From Planctomycetota bacterium (GTDB taxonomy: Bacteria; Planctomycetota; Phycisphaerae; SM23-33), in assembly GCA_030635145.1 (NCBI GenBank), contig DAOVZK010000001.1, positions 23,381-87,380 on the forward strand: a stretch of 64,000 nucleotides of DNA. Reading direction: 5' to 3'. Below, piece by piece: positions 45,889-57,600 of this stretch (the first letter of the stretch is position 1; each line of letters starts with the position of its first letter). A model generated the notes under the pieces. It was given only the letters and a program-made list of their open reading frames with translations. It searched no databases and was not told the origin of the DNA. A program made the position numbers and the translations under genes.

Positions 45889-47040
45889 CTACAGCGACGC
45901 CGCCGATGCGCAAGTTATCACGACGTTATCCCACACGATTTTCGGATTCACGTTCCGCCACAACAATCGCTCGAACTGCGAAAGCTGCTCGATGATTTCC
46001 CCGAGTTCCGTCGGCGAAAATTTCTCCCCCAGCCGCTGGATAACCTCAAGTTGATCGCCGTTAACGAGCGGTTTGTCCGTCCCTGCCCGCAGCATCATCG
46101 CGTCACTGTAACCCGAGGCGATAATCTCCAGAATCGTACCCGTCGTACGCCGCGTGGCGAGGTTCTTGCTCAGCGCCGCGCCGTCCTGTTTTTTGGCGTC
46201 TTTGACGGCATTCTCGGCGAGCTTGTCGCTGGTTTTGGCAAGCTCCTCACCAAGCTTCGCATCACCCCCGCGCCCCAGCAACGCGAGCTTCTGCAAAATG
46301 TCGCACTTTATATCGTACATCCCCATTTTCGACAATCGCAGCGAGCGGCCGACCGATCCGTCGGAAAATCCCGCCCAAAACTCGGCCTCGGTTTGGGCAA
46401 CCCCGCCTTCGGTGAGTTTTTGGATGACGAAATCTTTCGGCAGCGGATTAAAGCGGATCAAAGAGCAGCGGCTGCGCGTGGTGGGGAGCATTTGTTCGTC
46501 GCGTTGAGCGATCATGATGATAGTCACGCCTGGTGGTGGTTCTTCGAGAGTTTTTAAAAGGGCATTTTGGGCGGCGATGCTCAGAAGTTCTGACTCGAGC
46601 ACGACGAAAATTTTTCCACGGCCGTAGCTTGCGGCAAGCCCGACGGGGCCGAGCAGAAATTTGCGGACGACGTCAATCCCGAGGTCCTGCATCACGCGGT
46701 TGCGAACGTTGGCGTCGTCGTGAAACCGTGCGAGTTCCTTATACACCAGCTGAAAGTCGGGATGATTGCCGCTGTCCATCAGCGTACAACTGTTGCATTT
46801 TCCACACGCGCGTTTCCCCGATGCCGCGTCGCTGTCGTCAACAGCTGCGAGTAATCCGCCGTCACCCGTTTGCGGTTTTTCGCACAGCAACAGCTTCGCC
46901 AACGCGATGGCGGTCGTTCTCCGCCCAACACCCACCGGGCCGGTAAATAAAAACGCATGCGGTAAGCGATTGGCGGAAATGTTCTGCTGCAGCCGTCCGA
47001 TGGCGGACTCCTGCCCGACAATTTCGTGCAAGTCGATCAT
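45889..47040 (-). CDS. holB: DNA polymerase III delta' subunit
   Basis: AAA+ LFTGPVGVGRRT, a zinc module CGKCNSCTLMDSGNHPDFQ, and the SRC-like motif. Its ATG overlaps the tmk stop (ATGA). Confidence 0.8.
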   Translation of the reverse strand: MIDLHEIVGQESAIGRLQQNISANRLPHAFLFTGPVGVGRRTTAIALAKLLLCEKPQTGDGGLLAAVDDSDAASGKRACGKCNSCTLMDSGNHPDFQLVYKELARFHDDANVRNRVMQDLGIDVVRKFLLGPVGLAASYGRGKIFVVLESELLSIAAQNALLKTLEEPPPGVTIIMIAQRDEQMLPTTRSRCSLIRFNPLPKDFVIQKLTEGGVAQTEAEFWAGFSDGSVGRSLRLSKMGMYDIKCDILQKLALLGRGGDAKLGEELAKTSDKLAENAVKDAKKQDGAALSKNLATRRTTGTILEIIASGYSDAMMLRAGTDKPLVNGDQLEVIQRLGEKFSPTELGEIIEQLSQFERLLWRNVNPKIVWDNVVITCASAASL

Positions 47041-47687
47041 TACGCACCGGCCCCCGCAAATTTTTGCGTCACCGCTGCCCAGATATCCGCGGCGACGGTG
47101 TCCGGTGAACCGGCCGCGTCTACATTAACGACTGCTGCGGGGTAGCACTCGTCCAGTTTGCGGAACTCTTCGCGAACTTTGGCGTGATAGTCGATGCTGC
47201 GCGATTCCAATCGGTCGCGTTGCGCACCGACGCGCCGCATACCTTCGGCAACGTCGAGGTCGAGCACGATTGTCAGATCCGGGAGGAGATTTTCGACGGC
47301 GATTTCGCCCAGCTGAAGGATCAACGTTTTGTCGACGCCCAACGCACCCTGATACGCCAGCGTCGCCGAGATATACCTGTCGCACAGAATGACTTTTCCG
47401 CTTTGCATCGCGGGGCAAACGATTTCGGCAATTAATTGTGCGCGCGAGGCCATGAACAGCATCGTTTCGCACATGGGAGAAAGATCGAGGTCTTTACTGT
47501 GCAGTAGAATGTTGCGGATCTCGGCGCCCGTGGGCGTACCGCCGGGGTCAACGGCTCGCTGCACGTCAAGCCCCGCCGCCCGCATCGCTTTTTCCAGCAT
47601 ATCCAGCTGCGTGGTCTTACCGGCACCGTCAGGCCCGTCGATAACAATAAACTTACCGGATAGATTTTGCGTCAATTCGCTCATCAC
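47040..47687 (-). CDS. tmk: Thymidylate kinase
   Basis: P-loop FIVIDGPDGAGKTTQ, DR(Y/F) motif, and lid region. Confidence 0.88.
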   Translation of the reverse strand: MMSELTQNLSGKFIVIDGPDGAGKTTQLDMLEKAMRAAGLDVQRAVDPGGTPTGAEIRNILLHSKDLDLSPMCETMLFMASRAQLIAEIVCPAMQSGKVILCDRYISATLAYQGALGVDKTLILQLGEIAVENLLPDLTIVLDLDVAEGMRRVGAQRDRLESRSIDYHAKVREEFRKLDECYPAAVVNVDAAGSPDTVAADIWAAVTQKFAGAGA

Positions 47688-47969
47688 GACAGTATCGCCG
47701 CTGGACGCGAAATTATCAACTGTCTAGACAGGCTCAGGGCAAATTCCGGCAGGGGTTTCCGCCGGGGGATCATGGCGTTTAATCCGAAGCAAATCAGCAA
47801 CGTCCCGAGCAGCTCGAGGGCCTCCTCGGTAATAATCTCGATGTTCCACATCCATTGCAGGTCTTCGTGGTTCAGCCCCGGGGGTTTGCAATTGAATCCC
47901 ACCACCCGCGATGGTAAAATTGCGGGGAGTTATCGGGTTGTTTGTACAAACGGGAAGGACAAGTGTTAT

Positions 47970-49244
47970 ATGAACTTTCTTTTTAATATTTTCGGCCGAA
48001 AAATACTTATCCTGGCGATGATGTGTGTGTTTGTCTTGCAAGGAACAGTCGCAGGCGAAACCAGCGGATGGGATGACAACACCGAATCAACCAAAAGCGG
48101 TGGGTCGCAAAACGATAAAACTGAAAAGCCTGAAAAGCCCGACATCGAGTCCCTGATTGACCAGCTAGCATCGGAAAATTCCGACGAGCGATGCGAAGCT
48201 GCCACGAAGCTTGGCCAGGCTGGGGACAAAAAAGCACTAAAACCGCTGCTTATCGCGTTGAAAGACTCCGACGAAACGGTCCGCCAAGCCGCTGCCGAAG
48301 CTTTGGGGACTATCGGCGACCCGAAGGCTGTAACTCCGTTGCAAAGAATCGTCAAACGCGATGAGGATGAATTGGTCCGGACAGCTGCAGCAAAATCTCT
48401 TGGAATGCTAAAACAGAAACGAGCCTCGATTACGCTACGAAAGATTCTCAAAACCGACAAAAGCGAACTTGTTCGCAGCGAAGCCGTAAAAGCATTGGGC
48501 CAGCTCGGAGACAAAGGGGCATCCAAAACGCTGGCAAAAATTATTCTGAACGATGAAGAGGATGAAAATCTGCGATTCGCCGCCGCCGAGGCACTTGGAA
48601 AAGTCGGCGACAAACGAACCATTAAAAAAACTGTTAATGAACTGCTAAGTCAACCCATGACGCCTCCAAAGGGTGAGTGTGGCCGGAACGTAATGCATCG
48701 CCGATCCGAGCTGCTCGCCAAAATAGGGCCCAAAACGATTCCGACACTTATCAAGGCCATGAAATGGACGAAAGGCGATATCAAAGGTATTGTGTTAATT
48801 GCCTTTGGAAAAATAAAAGACAAACGCGCGATAGTTACCCTGATTAAAACTACGAAAAGCAAAAATCGAAACGAACGCTCTCACGCAGTTGCCGGTTTGG
48901 GTGAAATAGGTAACAAAAGGGTATTGCCACACGTTATGCCACTTCTGAATGACAAGATTGGCCGTGTGAGAGCCAGTGCCCTGGGGGCGTTATCCAAGCT
49001 CAAAGGCTCAAAGGCCTTGCCTATTCTTATCAAAGCACTCTCTGCTGATGAGGAGGAGCATGTGCGGAGCAATGTTGCGCGGTTGCTTGGCGGGCTCGGG
49101 GATGAACGCGCCAAACCAGCTCTGACGAAAGCCCTTAAGGATAAAAATCCATGGGTGCGAGATAGGGCGAAACGTGCGTTGCAAAAAATCGAACATGCAC
49201 GCAAAAAACGCGACGCCGCCAAAAAATCAAAACCCAAAGATTAA
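47970..49244 (+). CDS. Secreted HEAT-repeat (PBS-lyase-type) protein
   Basis: Signal peptide MNFLFNIFGRKILILAMMCVFVLQG. At least 9 repeats of the DxxVRxxAAxALGxIGDxxAxxPLxxxL type. Confidence 0.65.
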   Translation: MNFLFNIFGRKILILAMMCVFVLQGTVAGETSGWDDNTESTKSGGSQNDKTEKPEKPDIESLIDQLASENSDERCEAATKLGQAGDKKALKPLLIALKDSDETVRQAAAEALGTIGDPKAVTPLQRIVKRDEDELVRTAAAKSLGMLKQKRASITLRKILKTDKSELVRSEAVKALGQLGDKGASKTLAKIILNDEEDENLRFAAAEALGKVGDKRTIKKTVNELLSQPMTPPKGECGRNVMHRRSELLAKIGPKTIPTLIKAMKWTKGDIKGIVLIAFGKIKDKRAIVTLIKTTKSKNRNERSHAVAGLGEIGNKRVLPHVMPLLNDKIGRVRASALGALSKLKGSKALPILIKALSADEEEHVRSNVARLLGGLGDERAKPALTKALKDKNPWVRDRAKRALQKIEHARKKRDAAKKSKPKD

Positions 49245-49702
49245 CATTCATCGCATGGATGACAGATCTGGCTGTAACAGAATCCGGTCTCGCAACGAGC
49301 ATCCTGTTCCTGAATCCATTGCTCCAAACCAACGGCCTGTTGTCGCTTGCCATCGGCAACAAGATTTGGATATAAATCTACAAGCCACTGCATTTTCTCG
49401 CACGGAAACTCTTCACACGCAGAGCACAGCTCAATGTCCTTTTCACGCGCGCAAATGCGAACTTTGCAATCGGGATTACCGCACCCGCCTCGGCATCCGG
49501 AATTTTGCTCCCCAGCCTGGATTACCTTCGCAAGATATTCCCAGAAGTTCTTGAAACCCGGGAGACACTGCTCGCCGAAAAATTCCCAACCCCCTTCTTT
49601 CATCGTGTCCCGAAGGGTGCTTGCCTGCTGCGGTATTCGAGCAAGCTGGGCACACAACTTACAGTACAGCCCGCAATAAGTAACATATTTCATATCGCTC
49701 AT
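49241..49702 (-). CDS. DUF3795-family cysteine-rich protein
   Basis: YCGLYCKLCAQ N-terminus and 14 further Cys (GCRGGCGNPDCKVRICA, CSACEEFPCEK). Divergent from arsR. Confidence 0.55.
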   Translation of the reverse strand: MSDMKYVTYCGLYCKLCAQLARIPQQASTLRDTMKEGGWEFFGEQCLPGFKNFWEYLAKVIQAGEQNSGCRGGCGNPDCKVRICAREKDIELCSACEEFPCEKMQWLVDLYPNLVADGKRQQAVGLEQWIQEQDARCETGFCYSQICHPCDEC

Positions 49703-49878
49703 GGTTTATTCCTTCCCGGGTAAAATCTCAATACCCCAAGCAAGGATCGTAAATTGTGGCCGTTGAATAAACAAGGCCCGTTCACCAAAAAACAACCGAA
49801 AAAAGCCTTGCCTTAAACGCCTTTGTGAGTATACAATCACATAGTAACAAATAAGGTGGTACTTTGGAGTGGTACAAC

Positions 49879-50211
49879 ATGAATGCAAAACAAAAGAGGC
49901 TTTACGATTTGAAGGCCGACATACTTCAGGGCATCGCCCAGCCGATACGCCTGCAGATCGTCGACACGCTCGCGGGTGGTGAGTTGTGCGTTTGCGATAT
50001 CGTCACTCGCGTCGCAGCTGAGCGGTCGAATGTGTCGCGGCACCTCGGAGTAATGCTGCGGGCGGGAATTCTGGAAGTTCGCCGCGAAGGGCTGAAGATG
50101 ATCTACCGGCTGGGGACACCATGCATTGTGGATTTTCTCGGATGTATTGAACGAATGGTCTGCGAGCGAATCAAAAGCGACGCGGCGATCTTAAAAGGAG
50201 CAAAAAAGTGA
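49879..50211 (+). CDS. ArsR/SmtB-family metalloregulatory repressor
   Basis: HTH and the ELCVCDI metal(loid)-binding motif. Start chosen at MNAKQKR, 8 nt after GGAG. Confidence 0.8.
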   Translation: MNAKQKRLYDLKADILQGIAQPIRLQIVDTLAGGELCVCDIVTRVAAERSNVSRHLGVMLRAGILEVRREGLKMIYRLGTPCIVDFLGCIERMVCERIKSDAAILKGAKK

Positions 50212-51593
50212 ATCTTTTCAAATCGAACAATAGCGAGATTTCATTTTTTAAACGATTGACGCCGAAATTGTCGCAAAAATTTACGCTCGGAGCCTGGGCC
50301 GGTGGAGAATGGAAAAAGCTGCTGCTGATCGTGGCGGTCTTTCTCGGTTGCTTTTACGTGCCGATCGCGTCGGCGTCTTTCCGCAACGCATTGATCGAAT
50401 CCGTAGCGCTCGTGAAATGGTACGCCCAAGAGCATGTACTGCTGTGCCTGATTCCGGCGTTTTTCATTGCGGGGGGCGTGGCTGTTTTCGTGACGCACGG
50501 ATCGGTGATGAAATATCTCGGTGCGTCGGCAAACAAGTTCGTTGCCTACAGCGTGGCGAGTGTGTCGGGAGCGATATTGGCGGTTTGCTCGTGCACGGTC
50601 TTACCGCTTTTTGCGGGAATCTACAGGATGGGCGCGGGGTTAGGCCCGGCGACGGCGTTTTTGTATTCAGGCCCGGCGATCAATGTGTTGGCGATTGTGC
50701 TGACGGCAAAGGTGTTGGGCGTGGAAATAGGAATCGCCCGGGCTGTCGGCGCGATTGTCTTCAGCGTGATAATCGGGCTGCTGATGCATTTTATTTTCCG
50801 CAAAGCCGAATCCGCCAAGGCTGCCGCCCAAATGAACATTCCCACCGAGGCCGCCCCTCGGTCGCTATGGAAAACCGTGCTGTACTTCGCGAGCATGATC
50901 GGAATATTGGTGTTCGCCAACTGGAGCGGTAGTGGCGATCCGGGTAGCGGCTGGGCGGCGGTCTATTCGGTTAAGTGGTGGATTACGACCGGCTTCGCAG
51001 CTGTGCTGGGCGTGTTTCTGGTTTTGTGGTTTCGCATGGCATGGTGGAAAATTCTCGTTGCCGCAATCCCTGCCGCCGTTGCAGCTGTCGTTTTCCCCAG
51101 CTTGCCGGTTGTGATCTTCGCCATCGGTATCGTGGGATTTTCGCTGATGACCAGCACGGACAAGGGCGAGGCCGGGGAGTGGTTTTCGTCAACGTGGGTG
51201 TTCACAAAGCAGATACTCCCCCCGCTGCTGGTGGGCGTACTGGTTGCAGGGTTTTTGCTGGGGCGCCCGGGCGGGGAAGGAATTATCCCGCAAGATTGGA
51301 TCTATCGTGCTGTTGGTGGTAACTCGGTGCAGGCGAACTTTTTCGCCTCCATCGCCGGTGCGTTTATGTACTTCGCCACGCTCACCGAGGTTCCGATTCT
51401 CAAGGGCCTGATGGACAACGGAATGGGACGCGGCCCGGCGTTGGCGTTACTGCTGGCTGGCCCGGCACTGTCGCTACCGAACATGCTGGTTATTCGCACG
51501 GTGATCGGCACGAAAAAAACGCTGGTGTACATTTCGCTCGTCGTAGTCATGGCCACCATCAGCGGAATTATCTTCGGCGCGATTGGCCTTTAG
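50208..51593 (+). CDS. ArsP_1/DUF318-family permease (COG0701)
   Basis: Polytopic membrane protein with the conserved CSCTVLPLF segment and a duplicated 4-5 TM architecture. GTG start overlaps the arsR stop (GTGA). Confidence 0.6.
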   Translation: MNLFKSNNSEISFFKRLTPKLSQKFTLGAWAGGEWKKLLLIVAVFLGCFYVPIASASFRNALIESVALVKWYAQEHVLLCLIPAFFIAGGVAVFVTHGSVMKYLGASANKFVAYSVASVSGAILAVCSCTVLPLFAGIYRMGAGLGPATAFLYSGPAINVLAIVLTAKVLGVEIGIARAVGAIVFSVIIGLLMHFIFRKAESAKAAAQMNIPTEAAPRSLWKTVLYFASMIGILVFANWSGSGDPGSGWAAVYSVKWWITTGFAAVLGVFLVLWFRMAWWKILVAAIPAAVAAVVFPSLPVVIFAIGIVGFSLMTSTDKGEAGEWFSSTWVFTKQILPPLLVGVLVAGFLLGRPGGEGIIPQDWIYRAVGGNSVQANFFASIAGAFMYFATLTEVPILKGLMDNGMGRGPALALLLAGPALSLPNMLVIRTVIGTKKTLVYISLVVVMATISGIIFGAIGL

Positions 51594-51622
51594 CGGCGGC
51601 GATAGTAATATCGCCAAAACCT

Positions 51623-54600
51623 TCAACTCACATTACGGAAGTTTCGCGGATCGTACCCTTTGCGACGCAAGCGTGGTTTGGGAGGCTCGGTTACAACCGG
51701 CGGGGCTTTTTCCAGCTCGACGGGCTGAGATATCTCACCGGCCGTCATCTTCGCTTTAGCGGTCTCATATCCCGCTTTGGTCACTGTTACGAGTACCTCG
51801 TCCTTTGGCGCACCGTCCCAGCGAAAAACGCCATCTGCACCAGTGCGAACTTTCGCAATACGTGGGCTAACCTTTTCATGCTGCAGCATTATCTCAACTG
51901 CAACATCGGGCAGCGGATTACCTTCATCATCGACAACCGTCCCTTGCAGAGTATGGGGTGGTTCAAGTTTTATCGCCAGCGGAGCATTTTCCTCGTCAAG
52001 CTGCATCTGCATTGTAACAGGAGCATAACCTTTCGCCCGCACAACCAACACCACTGACGCCTTCTTCGACCGCATCGAAAAATTCCCCTCGCCGTCAGTA
52101 ACAAATCTCCGCATAGTTACGCGCTTAGCTTTGCCGGGAAAATAAACATCGACAGTCGCATCACGAACCGGCCGACCAAGCCAGTTTTTAACCTGCCCGT
52201 TAAGAATAATCAGTTTCCGGCGAACCTTCAGCGGCGTTGCGTCCTGGCCCATATCATCTAATGATCGCCGTGCACGAAACAGAACGCCCGGGATCATATA
52301 GTCCGGGTGAAAAATCTGAAGCGACACCTTTTGATTCGTCTTCGGCAGCGGGGGGCTTTCCCATTTGCCTTGCTCGTTGGTCAGAACCTCTGCGGTCGTC
52401 CGCATCCATTGACTCATATCCCGCCTCTGCGGAATATTGATTTTCACCGTCGCACCGGCCAGCGGTTTGTCGTCGGCATCATGAACCACGCCGCGATAAA
52501 TCGCCTCCGGCTGCAACGCAACGCGCACATCTTGCTTATCGTCGGATGGCAGGTTGCGAACTTCGGTCGGCGTCATGCCGTCGGCCGTCACGCGAAGCAT
52601 ATGCTTGCCGGGTTTCGTGCGATAACCTCGCACGGTCGCTTTACCATCGGCGTTGGTTTTTACTGAGCGGGCCCAATTGCTGCGCCCGGCGTCGATAGTA
52701 ACTGTAGCACCGGGGATGGGGTCACCGGAGACATCTACGACCTGCACGATGCGCGGGGCATCGAGTTCGATTTTTCTCGACGTTGCGCCCGGGGCAGCCT
52801 CGAATCGAAGATCCAGCAATTCGAACTCAGCCTTGCCTTCCGGGGCGCTTTCCACACCCACAGCAAGGCCGATGAGATCGCCGATGGGCTTCATCGGCCG
52901 AAGATCACACGAAATCGTATGTACCTCACCATCAGGAATGATATCCTTCTGCGCGAACGGCATCACGCCCCCGTAGTCTGGGCCCGAGGTGTCGTCCAGA
53001 TATAATACGTATCCACTGCTCGTTGTATGCGTCCGTTTGGCGCGATAAGTCATGACGGCGATGGGATACTGCTGCGGATCGATTGGAATGTCGAAATACT
53101 TCACCCACACCTTGCGGGCAGCCGGGTTTACGACGAATCGGACGGAGTCTTTACCCTGCGCCATCGTAACAGCGTTCGTGTTGCGGGGGCCCGACCAGTG
53201 ACTCGACCACCACCTGATCGGCCAGCCGAACACCACCGCTTCGCTCGGGGAAACTTCGTCCGCGTTTCGGCCTTTATCAAGCGTCCGAGGTTTAATTCGC
53301 ATGGGCTCGTCCACCAGCGAATAGTTCGGCGCGGCAAATTGATACACCCGCGCGGAAGGTTTGGGAGCGGGCTTAGGAGTGGGGGGCGGCGACAAAGCAT
53401 AATTGTAGGACACAGTAAGGCTGCCACCCGGTTTGATAATCTTATCGACAAATATTTCTATACGCCCGTTTTTAATGCTGCGTGTCGCAGATTTCGGAAT
53501 GATTTTCAACAGTTTCGCCCCGGGCGGTAAGCGGTGAATTTCGATGCGGCGGGTTGGCTTACCGGTGGACGGGTAATGTTTCATTCTATAACGGAATTTT
53601 CCCGGGGCCGTCTGGCTGATCAGCTTGCTTATTGTTCCGCTGCTGGAATACAAAACAGGCTGGCCGGGTGCAACAGGTTTATTTAGCGTCACTTTGTATC
53701 TGAAACTTCGGCCGACATGCTTTGACGTAAACGCAAGCGGCTTGCCGGCGGCATCGGTCATTTTTTTTACATGTACGAAATCAGAATTCTGGAACCCAAT
53801 GGTTTTAAGCGTGCGGCCGTAGGTGTTGGTATACTGGATAATAGATTTGAAATTAATCGACCCGTCAGGCTGGATGTTATTTATCATGGTCTGCGTGTAA
53901 GGCACCGGCTTGGCGGGATCGGCCGCTTTTGCATCCGCCTTTTGCAGCAGTTTATAGCGAATCTTGACTCCTTGCGGATCTGAACTTGTCCCGAGAATCT
54001 GCAGGATTCCATAGCTGTCCTCGCGGGTTCTTATGAGGTACGTACCCGGCTGATTAGGTGCTTTGTGCGGAACCAATGGGGTAATTTTATTGGGCTCGGT
54101 CTGATTAAGGCCGAAGTTACTGGTTAGTTTGGCGGGGGTAGTCTCGCTCCACTTTTGATGCGGAACTGGCATCACCACGAGATCAAAACCAAGTCCAACA
54201 ATCACGCCCTTGTCTTTGACCACCGACAAATCAAGGCCGTTAGCTCGCACCCACCGGTGAGTTTCGCGATCGTTCTCGCCAAAGTCTTTTTTGAGTTTGA
54301 ACTTTCCAGTCTCAAGATCCAAGAGTACCGCATGCCGTTTCTTTGTATACGGTAACACACGCTCGACTACCGCACCGAAAGTAGCGTCTTTCGCCGTATT
54401 GATGGACTTGCCAGGCGCTTTTCGGTCCGGCCATTGCGGATACCCTTCAACCTTCTTCGCACTTACGTATTTACCGGCGGAAGTGAAGGTGAATATCTCG
54501 TTGCCGATCATTCGCTCCTTGTCCCAAATGCTGCACTTGTATTTGTAGCGAATCGAGTAATTCCCGTCAGCCAGCTTTTTGGGCGCGCCCCATTCGATGG

Positions 54601-57600
54601 TCTTGCGATTCTTGACGTCCCGATAATTCCGCGAAAAGAACTTCTCCACCCAACCGATGAGCTGCTTTTGTAGCTTTGCATCCTCGGCCGCAGGCTTGGG
54701 CTTGGGAACAGCGGGCGGTTTTGTTTCGGCCTTGCCCACCTTGATGATAACGCTTTTGATTTCTTCCCCTGATTTAACATCGAGGCCATCCTTCATGACA
54801 CTCTTGCCGTCGTAGATAATATCCAGCAGCTCGTGGTCTTTTTGTCGTGGAAAGAAGTTCAGTTTTGTTTTTCCGGGAGCAAGACCCTGCAGAAGAAACG
54901 TGTTTTTGGTGGGGAAAAGCATCCCAGCCTTACCGTAATCCCCTGTTCCCAAAACAAAACCAGTACCGTTACGGTCTCCGGCTACATCTTTCGGCTGGTG
55001 CTTGCTGTGAAATCCGGTCTGAACGAAACTGACACCCCACAAATCCTTATCTTGACTGTTTTTTAAATAAGCGCTTCCATAACTATTGGCTATCTCCCAA
55101 TCACTGCCATCTGCGTCGACAAATTTGCCTGAAATTGTAGCTCCGGGTTTTAGTTTCACGTCCAGCTGCATTTTCGGGGTTTTGCTATCGATATCGAAAG
55201 GTCTTCGAGTTCGGATAAACCCGCGATGCCCCGCATCGACCTGAACCACGAATTCGCCTTCACCCAGACCCTGGATTTTATAGTGCCCGGTTTTATCGGT
55301 GTAGGCGGTCGAAAAATCAAAAAGCAGATCGTGGGAGTGCACTACAACGAAGGCTTCGGGTATGGGCTGTCCGGTTTCATCCGTTACGATGCCCTCGATA
55401 ACAACTCCGCCTTCTTTTTTGAGCTTGATGTCGATATTCTCAACACTTCGTACTTTATCGTCAAAGGTAATCAGCTTTGCGTGTTTTCTGGAAAATGTTC
55501 CGGGGTAATAAATTGGCGGATATCCATCGCCCCGTTTTGCAACCGTTGAGTTAAGTGCCATCGCATAAACCGCCCGGCCGTCAAGCCCATCGATGAACCA
55601 CGAACCGTCGGTGGCATCTATGGTACTTTTTTTAATGGCCTGTACTTCGTAGCCATCACTATCTTTTTTTCTTACACATGCCCATACCGTAAAGTTGCTT
55701 ATGTCGGCCGGTATCTTGCCGTTTTCATCCAGAATTTTCCCGGAAATCCGAAAGGCCGGCTTCATCTTAATGAGAACATCTTTGCGTTGCTCACCTTCTT
55801 TAAGAGAAAATCGCGGAAACAGGCCATCCTTATCATCAGGATTATAGGCTGCGCCCTGATATCCGGGCGTACGAATCGTCCTCAACGAAAACGGCCCTGT
55901 GGGAATATTTTCTAATGCAAAACTTCCATCTTCGGCTGCATAAACAAATAGCGGCTCAAGTGTGACGGTGTAGAACAAATAAACTTTCGCCCCCGGTATC
56001 GGCTCGCCAGTCTCGGCCGAGACTACCTTACCGCGAATCGAACACTTACCCTTCGGCAGCGATGTGTTGTCGGCACCCTTGGTAACGCTAGCCGCTCCGC
56101 CGGTGGTTTTTTCGCCCGCATCCACAACGACTTTCACGTTCGTCTTATGGCCGAGCTGAAGCGAGACGTTTTTGAACTCGACCCATTCGTACGGCCGAGT
56201 CTGAAATTCAAAATGATCTATCTCGCTAAGAGGCAGGCTGAACTTGTGTGTGTGTATCAAAATATCAGATCCGCCACTACCCGTTGAACTAGACTGTACG
56301 ATATCACCAGATTTTATGACCGCGACAACCCTTGTTGCGGGTTTGGTTATCGTGCTGGCGAGATTTATAATTGTCGCACCATCCTGTTGCTGTGGTTGAG
56401 ATAAAATCGCAGATTGGTTGCCCAGTTTTTCCGAGTTTGACCCGGTAGTGCTACACTTGAATAAAGTCTCCCACTTACCAGTTGCTATACCATATCGAAC
56501 AGTGGTTGTTTTGGGGATCTTTTTCCATCCGGCCCCCAGGGCTCTAAGATTATAAATTGATCTACCGTCTTTATCCCTCGGGCCTCCAACATTAGTTGTC
56601 GAGGCCCCGGAGACTCGCCATCGATCACTAATGTTCTTGTGGCCGTCGACTTTCATCACTAATTCATACTGATATTTCTTCAACGGATTCTTCATTCCAA
56701 CACAAGGGGCTTTTTTCAGCACATTTCCGTTGGGATGCCACCACTGTTTGTTTTTCGAATGCAGTTTCGACACGCCCACCAGCTCGACAACCACCCCGCT
56801 GGGGAGTCTTACCTTGAAGCTGGGTTCGGACGCTTTTGATTTTTCCGGTTCTGCTTTCTCTTGCTTTGCAGTGGGAAGTTTGCTTGATATCTTCAGATTA
56901 TCAAAACGGATATCGTATTCGTATCCGAGTTTGGGAGTCTGGAATCCTACTTGCGCCTTGGAAATTCGGCCGACTGGCTTTTCAAGATTTAACGTATCTA
57001 CAAGAACGTCGTCAACGTAATAGTCTACCTGCGTCCTATTTTCACGCAGCCGCATTCGCATATTAACAAACTTGGTCTCTTCCGTACCTACGTCGGGGAA
57101 TCTACCCCGACCATTTTCTAACCACCATTTTACCTTTATCCACATAGTATGAACTTGATACCAGCCCTTGGATTTGCTGGATTCTAGCAACCCGAAAAAT
57201 GTTTTCTTCTGAGGTTTCCACTGATAAAGGATCATCGGCGGACCGGTCGGACCCTCGGGGTAGAACCCCAGATACACCAATCCATAATCCTGTCGTTTTG
57301 GAATTTTAAAATCGACCGAAAAGTCCATTTCTCCATCGCGGTCTTTTACAGTAACTTCCGCCTTTGCGCCACCCCATTTTGTATCTGTAGTTTTGCCCCA
57401 AATCCGTAATTCGCCGTCTTGAACACCAATTTTCATTCCCTTGTCCGGGCAAGACAGGGTTAATCCATCATCAACATCAAACGAATAGCAAACTTTCGCA
57501 TCTTTCTTGTCATCCTTCGCGGCGGGGGCTTCGGTTTTTTCGCTCTCTTCCATGGCGGCTAGGGCTGCGGCGGTGTGTTCGTCGATAACTTTTTTCTCCG

